Shown: piece after piece, positions 1 to 9,687 of the stretch
How the letters are laid out: every line of letters starts with the position of its first letter
Numbering within the stretch: position 1 is the first letter of the stretch
Notes under the pieces: generated by a model
Database searches by the model: none
The model's input: the letters and a program-made list of their open reading frames with translations, nothing else
Told to the model about the DNA's origin: nothing
Program-made: the position numbers and the translations under genes
DNA from: Flectonema sp. DT1601
Lineage: Eukaryota
Reading direction: 5' to 3'
DNA length: 64,000 nucleotides
Assembly: GCA_964019425.1 (NCBI GenBank)
Contig: OZ025792.1
Coordinates: 682,001 to 746,000, forward strand

Positions 1-699
1 CAATATTCTCCTCCAAAAATAGGAATTTTTAAAATTCCAATGAAAGGAGACTTCAAGAACACCATTAAACAAGCGAAGCATTGGGTTTATTTAGAAAAAC
101 CAAAACGAATTGGTCACAAATATGATAATAAAAATGGTTATTTTCAAGATGATCTATTCATTCCGAACAACCACACAGAAAAAGGAGTATTAAAAGTAGG
201 AGATATCCACAAACAGTATGTCAAGGTGGGAGTTGAAGCTCGCAGCTCATACACAAAAGTTTTATTAATCAAAAGAGAAGTTGAATTTGTAACAAATGAA
301 AACATGACGATGGTAGGTATTGAGAGAGGTATTGTTGGAATGTCTCAGGGAATGAGACGAATGCTAGTACTACCTCACGATCAATGGTCAGGGTGGTCAT
401 ATTCTCATATGGAGGATATTCATAATTCCGTATGTGGTTGTTTATATATTTTTTTTTAATCTTCAAAAGAGTCGTTATGACATTCAAAAAACTAACAATC
501 AAACCAACAGACTCGACTCTTATGTGAAGTGACTATTCTACAAGTAAACTCGTCTAACAACATGCCGGGTAGAATTGAGTGGGAAGATGATCCTGAAAAA
601 TTAAAAGAATATCACGAAAAGGTCAAACAACAAGACAAAGAACGAGAGGAGATGATTGCAAGAGGCGAAGATCCAGATGATCAGTGTGATAGTGAATGA
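1..699 (+). CDS. FKBP-type peptidyl-prolyl isomerase-like protein, 5'-partial; predicted intron 430-510
   Basis: Frame is open from position 1. GIERGIVGMSQGMRRMLVLP resembles the FKBP G.E.G..GM..G.RR.L.IP motif. A phase-0 intron (GTATGT at 430, ACTAAC branch, ACAG at 510) joins TRLLCEVTILQVN, resembling the FKBP C-terminal strand. Stop TGA at 697-699. Confidence 0.6.
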
Positions 700-1292
700 T
701 CAAAAAAAAATTGTATTTCATTTTTACAATTTAATCTACCAAAAAAAAAAAAAAAAAACTGACCGAAAGGCCCGTTCCCTTTTTTTTTATTGATTATATT
801 ATATAGTTCTGACAGCTTTATAAATTAATCTTTTTTTTTTGATCCCCCCTTCCCTCAACCAACTTGAGTTAGTTTAGTATCATTATTTCTTTACACTGAC
901 GGATGTAAAATGCTTCTCATTAAACTCAAATAATGACATTGATTTCAAAAATACCTCCGTTTTCGTCAACTAATTGCTGGCCAACATCGTAGCCTTTCCC
1001 ACCTCTTTAAGTTAATTTATAAACCGTTTTTTTGATGTGATTTTTTTTTTTAAAGAAAAAAAAAAAATCTTTTAAAATTTTGGTTCATTTCCTTTTAATC
1101 AGTCTTAAGAACTATGTTCACGTGGCCTCCAGTGGTAATATTTATTTATTTATTTATTTGCAGTCATTTACTAAGATTTGTCGGAGAAATTGTTGTTCCT
1201 GTTGAGCTTTAATAATACAGTATCTACTAACTAACATTGTCGTATTACTCTTCTTTTTTTCTTTTCTTTTCTTTCTATTAAAGGAAGACAAC

Positions 1293-2568
1293 ATGTCTGA
1301 GGGGATGTCGTTGTCTTCACCTCCGGCAGATGAAGAAGTAATGTCTGCTACGAAGAGAACTCACGATGAAATAGAAGAATCGGTAACTGATAAAGTTATA
1401 TCAGAATGGGGAATGGTTGTTCAGATGAATGGAGGTGAAGAAGATGGGAAGTCATTTATAATACCAAATGGAGGTCGAAAGATTCAAATAACCACTCGTA
1501 AGTATGCATTCTCTGAAAGTGAACACAATATGATCCTATCATGGGATTCATTCTTTGAAGACAACAACCGTAGTGAGATCTCATGGTTGACTGGTATCTC
1601 AGTCATTCACTCAAACTCTGATGACAGTTTATCACATCGAGAAGTTAGAATATGTGCTGCTCGTCGTCTTGCTAAAATCATGTCCGGTACGATGTATAAA
1701 CTTCCAACTAAATGTGTTGCTGAACTAATTAAAGCTTACAGCAGCCAACCAGATATATTAAACATCGCGAAACACATGCAAATACCCCCAAGAATTATAA
1801 TGAGATATGTCTTGGCTCACAAAGGTGTTGAGTGCACACGTGCAATGTGGGATCGACCAAGAGAACACTTAGAAGCTGTTGATGCAGAACAGATGGTGGT
1901 GGCCAGCAAAGCTGACTCTGCGACGTGCTCTGAATCGATGTGGGAAAAATATGAGAAATTAGAATTAACTGAAAAAGTATTAATAAAATGGGCGAAGTTA
2001 AAAGGATTGTCGATTACCTCGAGAGAACATATCAGCGGATCACCTTCACCGTCGCTACTCTGTTCTGACTTAACTGTTGATGAAAAACCAGTGAAATGGA
2101 TTGCAGTCTCTCTCCTTTATGGTTTAAACAATTCAGAAGTAAGTAAACTAATAACCGACCAAGTTAAAGGTCTTGAGAGTCGTTTTGGTGGAGGACTAGT
2201 TCTAATGCCATTCGGGTATGAACCTAACTTTGGTAGTGATTGGAAACACTCATTTGTAAAGATGCCATCAGAGCTAGAAGTGGTATTAGGATATATTGAA
2301 ATCATATTTGATATTGATTTACTAAACCTTCGATCTACATTCGATCGATCACTACTTCACATCAATCCGAACACTGTTTCGAATTCAGTTCACAACCCGA
2401 CTCATTCAACTACCGAAACATCGTTCCCAAGAGTAATGACCAACCCCTCATCTAAAAGTCCTTATAAAAAAGGTGCAAGAGGAGCAGGTTTAAGATGGGT
2501 ATGTTATTATTATTTCTTTCCATTAAAACAAAAAACAACTAATTCCACAACAGACGTCGACATGGTAA
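1293..2568 (+). CDS. CDIN1/C15orf41 (TPD-motif, PD-(D/E)XK fold)-like protein, probably catalytically degenerate; predicted intron 2499-2553
   Basis: SPSLLCSDLTVDEKPVKWIAVSLLYG...QVKGLESRFGGGLVLMPFGY parallels the TPD...WIESK..FG...Q...Y.NRFGPG.VIYWFG pattern. A GTATGT...ACTAAT...ACAG intron gives the ending GLRWTSTW*. The unspliced ORF runs to 2666, so the 3' end is uncertain. Confidence 0.5.
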
Positions 2569-3269
2569 TTATTTTCAACTACTTTACTGTTGATAATATT
2601 CTTAAGTTGATCCCACAGATGGATCTCTCCATTCACTTTCGGTACAACCGAACTCTGCGCTGGTAATAAAAAATTGTGTAACTCACACCACACAAAATAA
2701 GATAATTTGAGCTAGAAAGAAGAATCGTCGTTGATACTTTTTATCTTTGTTCCTGAAATATTATTCTAAGCAGGAAATTAACCCTTATATATGCATATTT
2801 AGGATGGTGTTGAGGGTCTTGAGAGTAAACAAGATTGATATCTGGTGGCGCTATTAGTGAACTGTTTTCCCCCTTCAATTCTCCCCCCAGAGGAGGTGAA
2901 ATTATTCAGCGGTTTCACCGCTTTTTCTAGACAGGGACTGTACTAATTAAATAAAAAAAAAATAATAAAAAAAAAAAAAAGAAGGAACAGATAAACTTTA
3001 AAAAAAAAGACGGGAAAAAAAAAAAAAAAATGAGCAAAAATATATGCAGCATCAGAAAGTGTAGTCCTCCAAAAAGTGTTTTTTTTTTTTTTCCTTCTAA
3101 TATGTTACGATAGCCAAACTGCGAATAGTGAACCTTGTCAATTTTTAACAAGATAATCTTTTTTTTCCCCCCTTTTCCATATCATTCTACAGGTCAGTTT
3201 TTGAAATGAGGTGACGACAATTCTGTTTCTAAGTAACTACGCTACTGATATTAATCAATACTCTGAGTG

Positions 3270-4673
3270 ATGTCTTGTCTTATTAATGAATTCACTAGTA
3301 GACTTCTCATCTTATCGAATGAAGAATATGATCGAATCACTGTTAGTGATAATTACCGAAAAGATAAAATTAATGTATTTAACATTCTACTTAAACACAT
3401 CCTTGAAGGAGAAGAGAGTTCTCGTTGGTTAGTTTTAGGCGAATACGAAGATCAAAACACATCGATTGCTGTTAGTTTTGTGTTAAGTTTTATATTAGCA
3501 TCGAAGGACGAACTGCAACATCAACAGCAAAGAAATAGAGTCGCATGGGTGTCAGAAGAGGAGTTGCTTAGAAAGCAACTTTGGAACAATTATATTATGA
3601 CTAGACCAGTCTTATGGATGACTCTTAATAGTTGTCAGTTATCGGAATATACCATGAGGTCGATAATTAAAGAAATGGAAAATTTTGATTATTCTAAATA
3701 TGTTTTTCCGATTATTTCTGAAATCGTATTTGAGGACCCTTCCGTCACGTCCATTAAAGATTTTGAAATGTCAACTCGACAGCAAACTGAGTCATTCGAA
3801 AACACTGATAGAATGAGTTTAGTAGCTGAGTATCGCCTTTGTATTATTTTAGTTTATTCAAATACGTTGATGAAAATACAATCGGATGAGCGTCATTTCA
3901 TCGAATCAGAAAGTGTTCGTGAATACGAAAGATTAACATCTCTCATTTCTGATGTTCTCCTACTCGATGTTTACAATCGTCTTCTTTCATTTGAAAATAA
4001 TGTTCGGGAAAATATCCAAATTGATGAAGTGTCTGAAAGAAGAACTCTCGCAAGTTTTAGAGATGAACTTAATTTCTTTGTTTCAGTTATCTCGGAAGAG
4101 AAGAATTCAAGAGATAAATTAATTAAAATTAGCAGAAAAGAAAAAAAGATAATCCTCACAGGACTCTATCTTGGGAGTGAAGGTCTCATCACCGGATTGA
4201 AATTACTACAACTCGAAAAGGAGGCGTACGGCTCTTTACTGAGTCTGGAATTGTTTGAGATGGAAGCCAGGGGTGATACAGTTGAGTATAGAGATTCGGA
4301 TAAAATGATAATCGGATCTCTTGATATTGTTAGGGACTCCCTCGATGACAGACACTTCGTAGAGAACAAGCAAAACCATAACTTTTCTCAAATACGTCAA
4401 CTGGAGCAACAGCTCAGACCGAAAACGGTATCACCATCACTGTCACCTCCATCACATAATTCTTTAAAAAGGAATCCAACACATCCGGTTGTCGTGTTTC
4501 CTGAAGAGGACTTTGAAAACAATTCCACCGATAGCATCGAAGGAGAACTTCCATTTTACAACTCCCCTCTGAGAGAAAAACGAATCCGTGCTGATAGCCT
4601 TCGATACGTTGAGGGTATTATCTCATCTCCTTTTACGATCTGGAAATCACCGAATGATTCCAAACTTTGGTAA
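3270..4673 (+). CDS. Hypothetical protein (~467 aa), apparently helical with a Ser/Pro-rich disordered C-terminus
   Basis: Long ORF with normal amino-acid composition in AT-rich DNA. No family recognised; the start could extend upstream via an intron. Confidence 0.65.
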   Translation: MSCLINEFTSRLLILSNEEYDRITVSDNYRKDKINVFNILLKHILEGEESSRWLVLGEYEDQNTSIAVSFVLSFILASKDELQHQQQRNRVAWVSEEELLRKQLWNNYIMTRPVLWMTLNSCQLSEYTMRSIIKEMENFDYSKYVFPIISEIVFEDPSVTSIKDFEMSTRQQTESFENTDRMSLVAEYRLCIILVYSNTLMKIQSDERHFIESESVREYERLTSLISDVLLLDVYNRLLSFENNVRENIQIDEVSERRTLASFRDELNFFVSVISEEKNSRDKLIKISRKEKKIILTGLYLGSEGLITGLKLLQLEKEAYGSLLSLELFEMEARGDTVEYRDSDKMIIGSLDIVRDSLDDRHFVENKQNHNFSQIRQLEQQLRPKTVSPSLSPPSHNSLKRNPTHPVVVFPEEDFENNSTDSIEGELPFYNSPLREKRIRADSLRYVEGIISSPFTIWKSPNDSKLW

Positions 4674-4817
4674 CGACTACGAGTGGTTAACCAGTCTAAT
4701 AATCCTCTCTTTGTATTGTAGCGATAATAATTAGTTCTTAATTTAAAATATGTCGTATCTCCTTATTACTAACTTCTTCTTTAGGTACGTTCTCAAAAAA
4801 TAAAATAAAATAAAATA

Positions 4818-5881
4818 ATGAAATGTCTTTACCCTTTCAATAAGGGATACACCCTCTTTGGACAACAACAGTCAGCCTTACGTACTGTTTTTATGCGAAG
4901 GACAAAAGCACCTCTTCAATATCTCGGAGTGAGCACAGAGAGCATGTCAGCTAAGGAAGCTGTCAAGTGTACCGAAACAGCATTAAATATTGGATATAAA
5001 CATATTAACATAGATGGAGGTGATGGTCATGAAAAAGAAATAGGAAACGTTATAAGATTATGGCATGGAGACTCCGACAATAAAAGAACAGATCATTTTT
5101 ATTCTTGGAAACTACCTCATAATGTCTTATCAAATATAGATGATGTTAAACGAATTTCAGAGGAGACAATATCAAAATTGAATTGTTCATACCTGGATAT
5201 GATTTGGGCTCCGTTTCCTGTTTGTGAAGGAGACGAAGCCCTCAATTTAAAGAAATATAATAATCTTTATAGAGTGATGTCTGATCTTCGTCCTCCGACA
5301 GCAAAGATTACCCGTCACGTGGGTGTTTCAGATGTAACACCAAATATATTTAAATTCTCATTGTTAAGAGACTTAAAAGAAATGGACATGGTGAGTGCTG
5401 AAATTCATATTCTTAAACAGCAATCGGCTCTTCAGGAACTTTGTAACACGTTTGATACTCCTCTTGTGTGTCATACAATATGCCCTGAAAAAGTATCGAC
5501 GTATCCGACTATCATCCAGGCATCAAAATCATTAAAATTATCACCACTGGATATTACTGTTCAGTGGCTGTTAGCACGTGAGCTTCCCTTTGTTCTTAAT
5601 ACCAGCGATACGGAAGTACTAAAAAAATGTTATGCTCTTGTTGAGAATCGTATGTTTTATTTATCTTTGTGGTCGTCACGTTTACTCATCTGTTTTTTTG
5701 ATTAAAGTTTTATTTAAATATCAAATCAGGTATCAAGTTAGATAAAAGAGTGCAACGAACACTCCTTCAACTCGATCTCGGAGTTGAAGGAACAACTGTT
5801 AGAAGTGATCTCATAAGGAGTTATTGGAAAACAGATGATTTGTTGGATTTAAGAACGGGTCGAGATCTGGGTTTGCTGTAG
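4818..5881 (+). CDS. Aldo-keto reductase-like protein (likely pseudoenzyme); predicted intron 5650-5729
   Basis: AKR motifs ALNIGYKHIN, FYSWKL, SKLNCSYLD, RHVGVSD, VQWLLAR. A GTATGT...ATCAG intron splices in frame to RIKLDKRVQRTLLQLDLG (AKR-type C-terminus), with stop TAG at 5879-5881. Confidence 0.75.
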
Positions 5882-5899
5882 CCGTGGAATTCTTAACCC

Positions 5900-6087
5900 G
5901 AGAAAGAATAATTTAAGGTAAGGCTTCAAAACTGACACTCGTGCCAGCGAGGACCTTGCCCCAGCAGGATCAATAGGGACTGCCGGGGTCGTACGTACTC
6001 CCACGTCAGAGGTGAAATTCTTAGATCGTGGGAAGACGAACTTCTGCGAAAGCATTCGACAAGAATGTCTTCATTAATCAAGAACGA
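5900..6087 (+). pseudogene. 18S (SSU) rRNA fragment, end of V4 and the conserved region following it
   Basis: Universal eukaryotic SSU motifs GTCAGAGGTGAAATTCTTAGA, AAGACGAACTTCTGCGAAAGCATT and TTCATTAATCAAGAACGA. The helix TCCCACG/CGTGGGA is intact. It is only ~190 nt long, so not a full rDNA unit; the left boundary is approximate. Confidence 0.9.
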
Positions 6088-6118
6088 GCATTCGCTATCT
6101 GGTTAACGTTATCGTCGT

Positions 6119-6170
6119 AAGCCATCGAGTCAAGCCATCGAGTCAAGGCAACGAGTCAAGGCATCGTACT
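6119..6170. repeat. 13-bp tandem repeat x4 (AAGCCATCGAGTC, degenerating)
   Basis: Read directly: aagccatcgagtc aagccatcgagtc aaggcaacgagtc aaggcatcgtact. Confidence 0.85.
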
Positions 6171-6245
6171 AAAGCTGACTTCATTTCATTTCAGAAATTA
6201 ATTTATATCCGAGACAGGCTACCTGTCATTTTGTAGTAAGAAATC

Positions 6246-6292
6246 CGACCTGTTGGAAGAATGCTCCAACACTACTGTGGGAACTGTTATGT
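6246..6292 (+). repeat. 47-bp direct repeat, left boundary of the surface-protein array
   Basis: Matches 54010-54056 with one mismatch. Unique sequence lies to its left and array sequence to its right. Confidence 0.85.
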
Positions 6293-6328
6293 TGCAATAC
6301 TTCTACTCCAACGTTTGTTATTTAAGAT

Positions 6329-6345
6329 ATTCTTCTCTTCAACAG
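6329..6345 (+). promoter_or_regulatory. Polypyrimidine tract + CAG splice acceptor 18 nt upstream of the ATG (candidate trans-splice acceptor), identical before every array gene
   Basis: TATTCTTCTCTTCAACAG|TAATTAACAATCACAACT-ATG is present in all nine ATG-bearing copies. Confidence 0.45.
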
Positions 6346-6363
6346 TAATTAACAATCACAACT

Positions 6364-9300
6364 ATGCGTCAATCGTCATTAGCGGTATTGCTGTCTTTGA
6401 TTGGCAGCTCACTTGCAGATGAGTGCCCGAAAACTGACTATTGCTCTCCAGGGACAACATTTGTTGGTAAGAAACTGTCCTTTAAAGATAGTATTGGAAC
6501 TATTTCATGTGATAAAGGAGTAGCCTCACCAGAATATATTGATGTCGGATGTGGTGCTATCGATTCCTTTGAAGCCGTGAACCAATTGATTGCTCGTCCT
6601 GCCAGTTTCGAAGGTGCTACACCATTTTCTGCTGCAGTAGTTTGTGAAGCAGACGGCGTCACAGAGTACAGACTTAAAAGTAAATACGAGGTTGCAGACT
6701 GCATTCCACTTCCTGATGACAAATCGCAATCCGGATTAGGAAATTCTGGTTCTGCAGACTCCGAGTCCAGTACTGGTTCCGGTAGTTCCCTCTCAGGTTC
6801 ATCTGACTCTGACTCGAGATCAGGAAGCTCGCAATCTGGTTCTGGTAGCTGGTCAGGTTCTGGTTCAGGCAGCTGGTCTGGTTCTGGTTCAGGAAGCTCC
6901 CTCTCAGGTTCATCCGATTCCGACTCGAGATCAGGAAGCTCGCAATCTGGTTCTGGTAGCTGGTCTGGTTCTGGTTCAGGAAGCTCCCTCTCAGGTTCAT
7001 CTGACTCCGACTCGAGATCAGGCAGCTCGCAATCTGGTTCTGGTAGCTGGTCTGGTTCTGGTTCAGGCAGCTGGTCTGGTTCTGGTTCAGGAAGCTCCCT
7101 CTCAGGTTCATCCGATTCCAACTCGAGATCAGGAAGCTCGCAATCTGGTTCTGGTAGCTGGTCTGGTTCTGGTTCAGGAAGCTCCCTCTCAGGTTCATCT
7201 GACTCCGACTCGAGATCAGGCAGCTCGCAATCTGGTTCTGGTAGCTGGTCTGGTTCTGGTTCAGGCAGCTGGTCTGGTTCTGGTTCAGGAAGCTCCCTCT
7301 CAGGTTCATCCGATTCCAACTCGAGATCAGTCAGCTCGCAATCTGGTTCTGGTAGCTGGTCTGGTTCTGGTTCAGGAAGCTCCCTCTCAGGTTCATCTGA
7401 CTCCGACTCGAGATCAGGAAGCTCCCTCTCAGGTTCATCCGATTCCGACTCGAGATCAGGCAGCTCGCAATCTGGTTCTGGTAGCTGGTCAGGTTCTGGT
7501 TCAGGCAGTTCCCTCTCAGGTTCATCCGAGTCTGACTCGAGATCAGGCAGCTCGCAATCTGGTTCTGGTAGCTGGTCAGGTTCTGGTTCAGGCAGCTGGT
7601 CTGGTTCTGGTTCAGGAAGCTCCCTCTCAGGTTCATCTGACTCCGACTCGAGATCAGGAAGCTCACAATCTGGTTCTGGTAGCTGGTCAGGTTCTGGTTC
7701 AGGCAGCTCCCTCTCAGGTTCATCCGATTCCGACTCGAGATCAGGAAGCTCACAATCTGGTTCTGGTAGCTGGTCTGGTTCTGGTTCAGGCAGTTCCCTC
7801 TCAGGTTCATCTGACTCCGACTCGAGATCAGGCAGCTCGCAATCTGGTTCAGGCAGCTGGTCTGGTTCTGGTTCAGGAAGCTCCCTCTCAGGTTCATCCG
7901 ATTCCGACTCGAGATCAGGCAGCTCGCAATCTGGTTCTGGTAGCTGGTCTGGTTCTGGTTCAGGAAGCTCCCTCTCAGGTTCATCCGATTCCGACTCGAG
8001 ATCAGGAAGCTCGCAATCTGGTTCTGGTAGCTGGTCTGGTTCTGGTTCAGGCAGCTCCCTCTCAGGTTCATCCGATTCCGACTCGAGATCAGGCAGCTCA
8101 CAATCTGGTTCTGGTAGCTGGTCTGGTTCTGGTTCAGGCAGTTCCCTCTCAGGTTCATCCGAGTCTGACTCGAGATCAGGCAGCTCGCAATCTGGTTCTG
8201 GTAGCTGGTCAGGTTCTGGTTCAGGCAGTTCCCTCTCAGGTTCATCCGAGTCTGACTCGAGATCAGGCAGCTCGCAATCTGGTTCTGGTAGCTGGTCTGG
8301 TTCTGGTTCAGGCAGTTCCCTCTCAGGTTCATCTGACTCCGACTCGAGATCAGGCAGCTCGCAATCTGGTTCAGGCAGCTGGTCTGGTTCTGGTTCAGGA
8401 AGCTCCCTCTCAGGTTCATCCGATTCCGACTCGAGATCAGGCAGCTCGCAATCTGGTTCAGGCAGCTGGTCTGGTTCTGGTTCAGGAAGCTCCCTCTCAG
8501 GTTCATCCGATTCCGACTCGAGATCAGGAAGCTCGCAATCTGGTTCTGGTAGCTGGTCTGGTTCTGGTTCAGGCAGCTCCCTCTCAGGTTCATCCGATTC
8601 CGACTCGAGATCAGGCAGCTCACAATCTGGTTCTGGTAGCTGGTCTGGTTCTGGTTCAGGCAGCTCCCTCTCAGGTTCATCCGATTCCGACTCGAGATCA
8701 GGCAGCTCGCAATCTGGTTCTGGTAGCTGGTCAGGTTCTGGTTCAGGCAGTTCCCTCTCAGGTTCATCCGAGTCTGACTCGAGATCAGGCAGCTCGCAAT
8801 CTGGTTCTGGTAGCTGGTCAGGTTCTGGTTCAGGCAGTTCCCTCTCAGGTTCATCCGAGTCTGACTCGAGATCAGGCAGCTCGCAATCTGGTTCTGGTAG
8901 CTGGTCTGGTTCTGGTTCAGGCAGCTGGTCTGGTTCTGGTTCTGGTTCAGGAAGCTCCCTCTCAGGTTCATCCGATTCCGACTCGAGATCAGGCAGCTCA
9001 CAATCTGGTTCTGGTAGCTGGTCTGGTTCTGGTTCAGGCAGTTCCCTCTCAGGTTCATCCGATTCCGACTCGAGATCAGGAAGCTCACAATCTGGTTCTG
9101 GTAGCTGGTCGGGTTCTGGTTCAGGCAGTTCCCTCTCAGGTTCATCCGATTCCGACTCGAGATCAGGAAGCTCGCAATCTGGTTCTGGTAGCTGGTCAGG
9201 TTCTGGTTCAGGCAGCTGGTCTGGTTCTGGTTCAGGAAGCTCCCTCTCAGGTTCATCCGATTCCGACTCGAGATCAGGCAGCTCGCAATCTAGTTCTGGT

Positions 9301-9687
9301 AGCTGGTCTGGTTCTGGTTCAGGCAGCTCCCTCTCAGACTCATACGAATCAGCTTCAAGTTCAGGCAGCTCCGAAACTGGAACGTCGGAGTCTGGCAGTT
9401 TGTCAAATGGAGTACACGACTCAACTGGCAGCTTTAATGGTGGGAAGAATGGAGAAAGTATTGTTTCTGGTGCTTCTCCTTCTACTGATGACTCATTGTC
9501 GTCTAGAGTGATGGTTTTTGCATTTGTCATCCCATCTGTGGCATTGGTGTTATTTGCCGCCGCAGTGCTTTTAAGAAAGAACTTCTATTCAAAACCAGTC
9601 ACCAAAGGTGAGCTACTCGAATTGGGTGATTTGGATAAATTTGCTAATTATGGAACTACTGAGGGTGATTCGTTACTTTTAAACTAG
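6364..9687 (+). CDS. Ser/Gly-repeat type-I membrane surface protein, copy 1 (1107 aa)
   Basis: Signal peptide [18 protein letters not shown], 6-Cys domain, 29-aa (87-nt) repeats [53 protein letters not shown], basic stop-transfer RK and a short tail. Confidence 0.9.
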   Translation: MRQSSLAVLLSLIGSSLADECPKTDYCSPGTTFVGKKLSFKDSIGTISCDKGVASPEYIDVGCGAIDSFEAVNQLIARPASFEGATPFSAAVVCEADGVTEYRLKSKYEVADCIPLPDDKSQSGLGNSGSADSESSTGSGSSLSGSSDSDSRSGSSQSGSGSWSGSGSGSWSGSGSGSSLSGSSDSDSRSGSSQSGSGSWSGSGSGSSLSGSSDSDSRSGSSQSGSGSWSGSGSGSWSGSGSGSSLSGSSDSNSRSGSSQSGSGSWSGSGSGSSLSGSSDSDSRSGSSQSGSGSWSGSGSGSWSGSGSGSSLSGSSDSNSRSVSSQSGSGSWSGSGSGSSLSGSSDSDSRSGSSLSGSSDSDSRSGSSQSGSGSWSGSGSGSSLSGSSESDSRSGSSQSGSGSWSGSGSGSWSGSGSGSSLSGSSDSDSRSGSSQSGSGSWSGSGSGSSLSGSSDSDSRSGSSQSGSGSWSGSGSGSSLSGSSDSDSRSGSSQSGSGSWSGSGSGSSLSGSSDSDSRSGSSQSGSGSWSGSGSGSSLSGSSDSDSRSGSSQSGSGSWSGSGSGSSLSGSSDSDSRSGSSQSGSGSWSGSGSGSSLSGSSESDSRSGSSQSGSGSWSGSGSGSSLSGSSESDSRSGSSQSGSGSWSGSGSGSSLSGSSDSDSRSGSSQSGSGSWSGSGSGSSLSGSSDSDSRSGSSQSGSGSWSGSGSGSSLSGSSDSDSRSGSSQSGSGSWSGSGSGSSLSGSSDSDSRSGSSQSGSGSWSGSGSGSSLSGSSDSDSRSGSSQSGSGSWSGSGSGSSLSGSSESDSRSGSSQSGSGSWSGSGSGSSLSGSSESDSRSGSSQSGSGSWSGSGSGSWSGSGSGSGSSLSGSSDSDSRSGSSQSGSGSWSGSGSGSSLSGSSDSDSRSGSSQSGSGSWSGSGSGSSLSGSSDSDSRSGSSQSGSGSWSGSGSGSWSGSGSGSSLSGSSDSDSRSGSSQSSSGSWSGSGSGSSLSDSYESASSSGSSETGTSESGSLSNGVHDSTGSFNGGKNGESIVSGASPSTDDSLSSRVMVFAFVIPSVALVLFAAAVLLRKNFYSKPVTKGELLELGDLDKFANYGTTEGDSLLLN

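Noticed and set aside
5849..6055. 68-aa minus-strand ORF
   Set aside because: Antisense translation of the 18S fragment.
6780..9330. CRISPR-like regular repeats
   Set aside because: Contiguous coding repeats without unique spacers, no cas genes, and a eukaryotic context.
6438..9530. 1030-aa antisense ORF of EP/PD repeats (superficially procyclin-like), and equivalents opposite other copies
   Set aside because: Shadow of the TCT-GGT-rich sense repeat. It has no signal peptide or anchor, is broken in other copies, and has no independent conservation.
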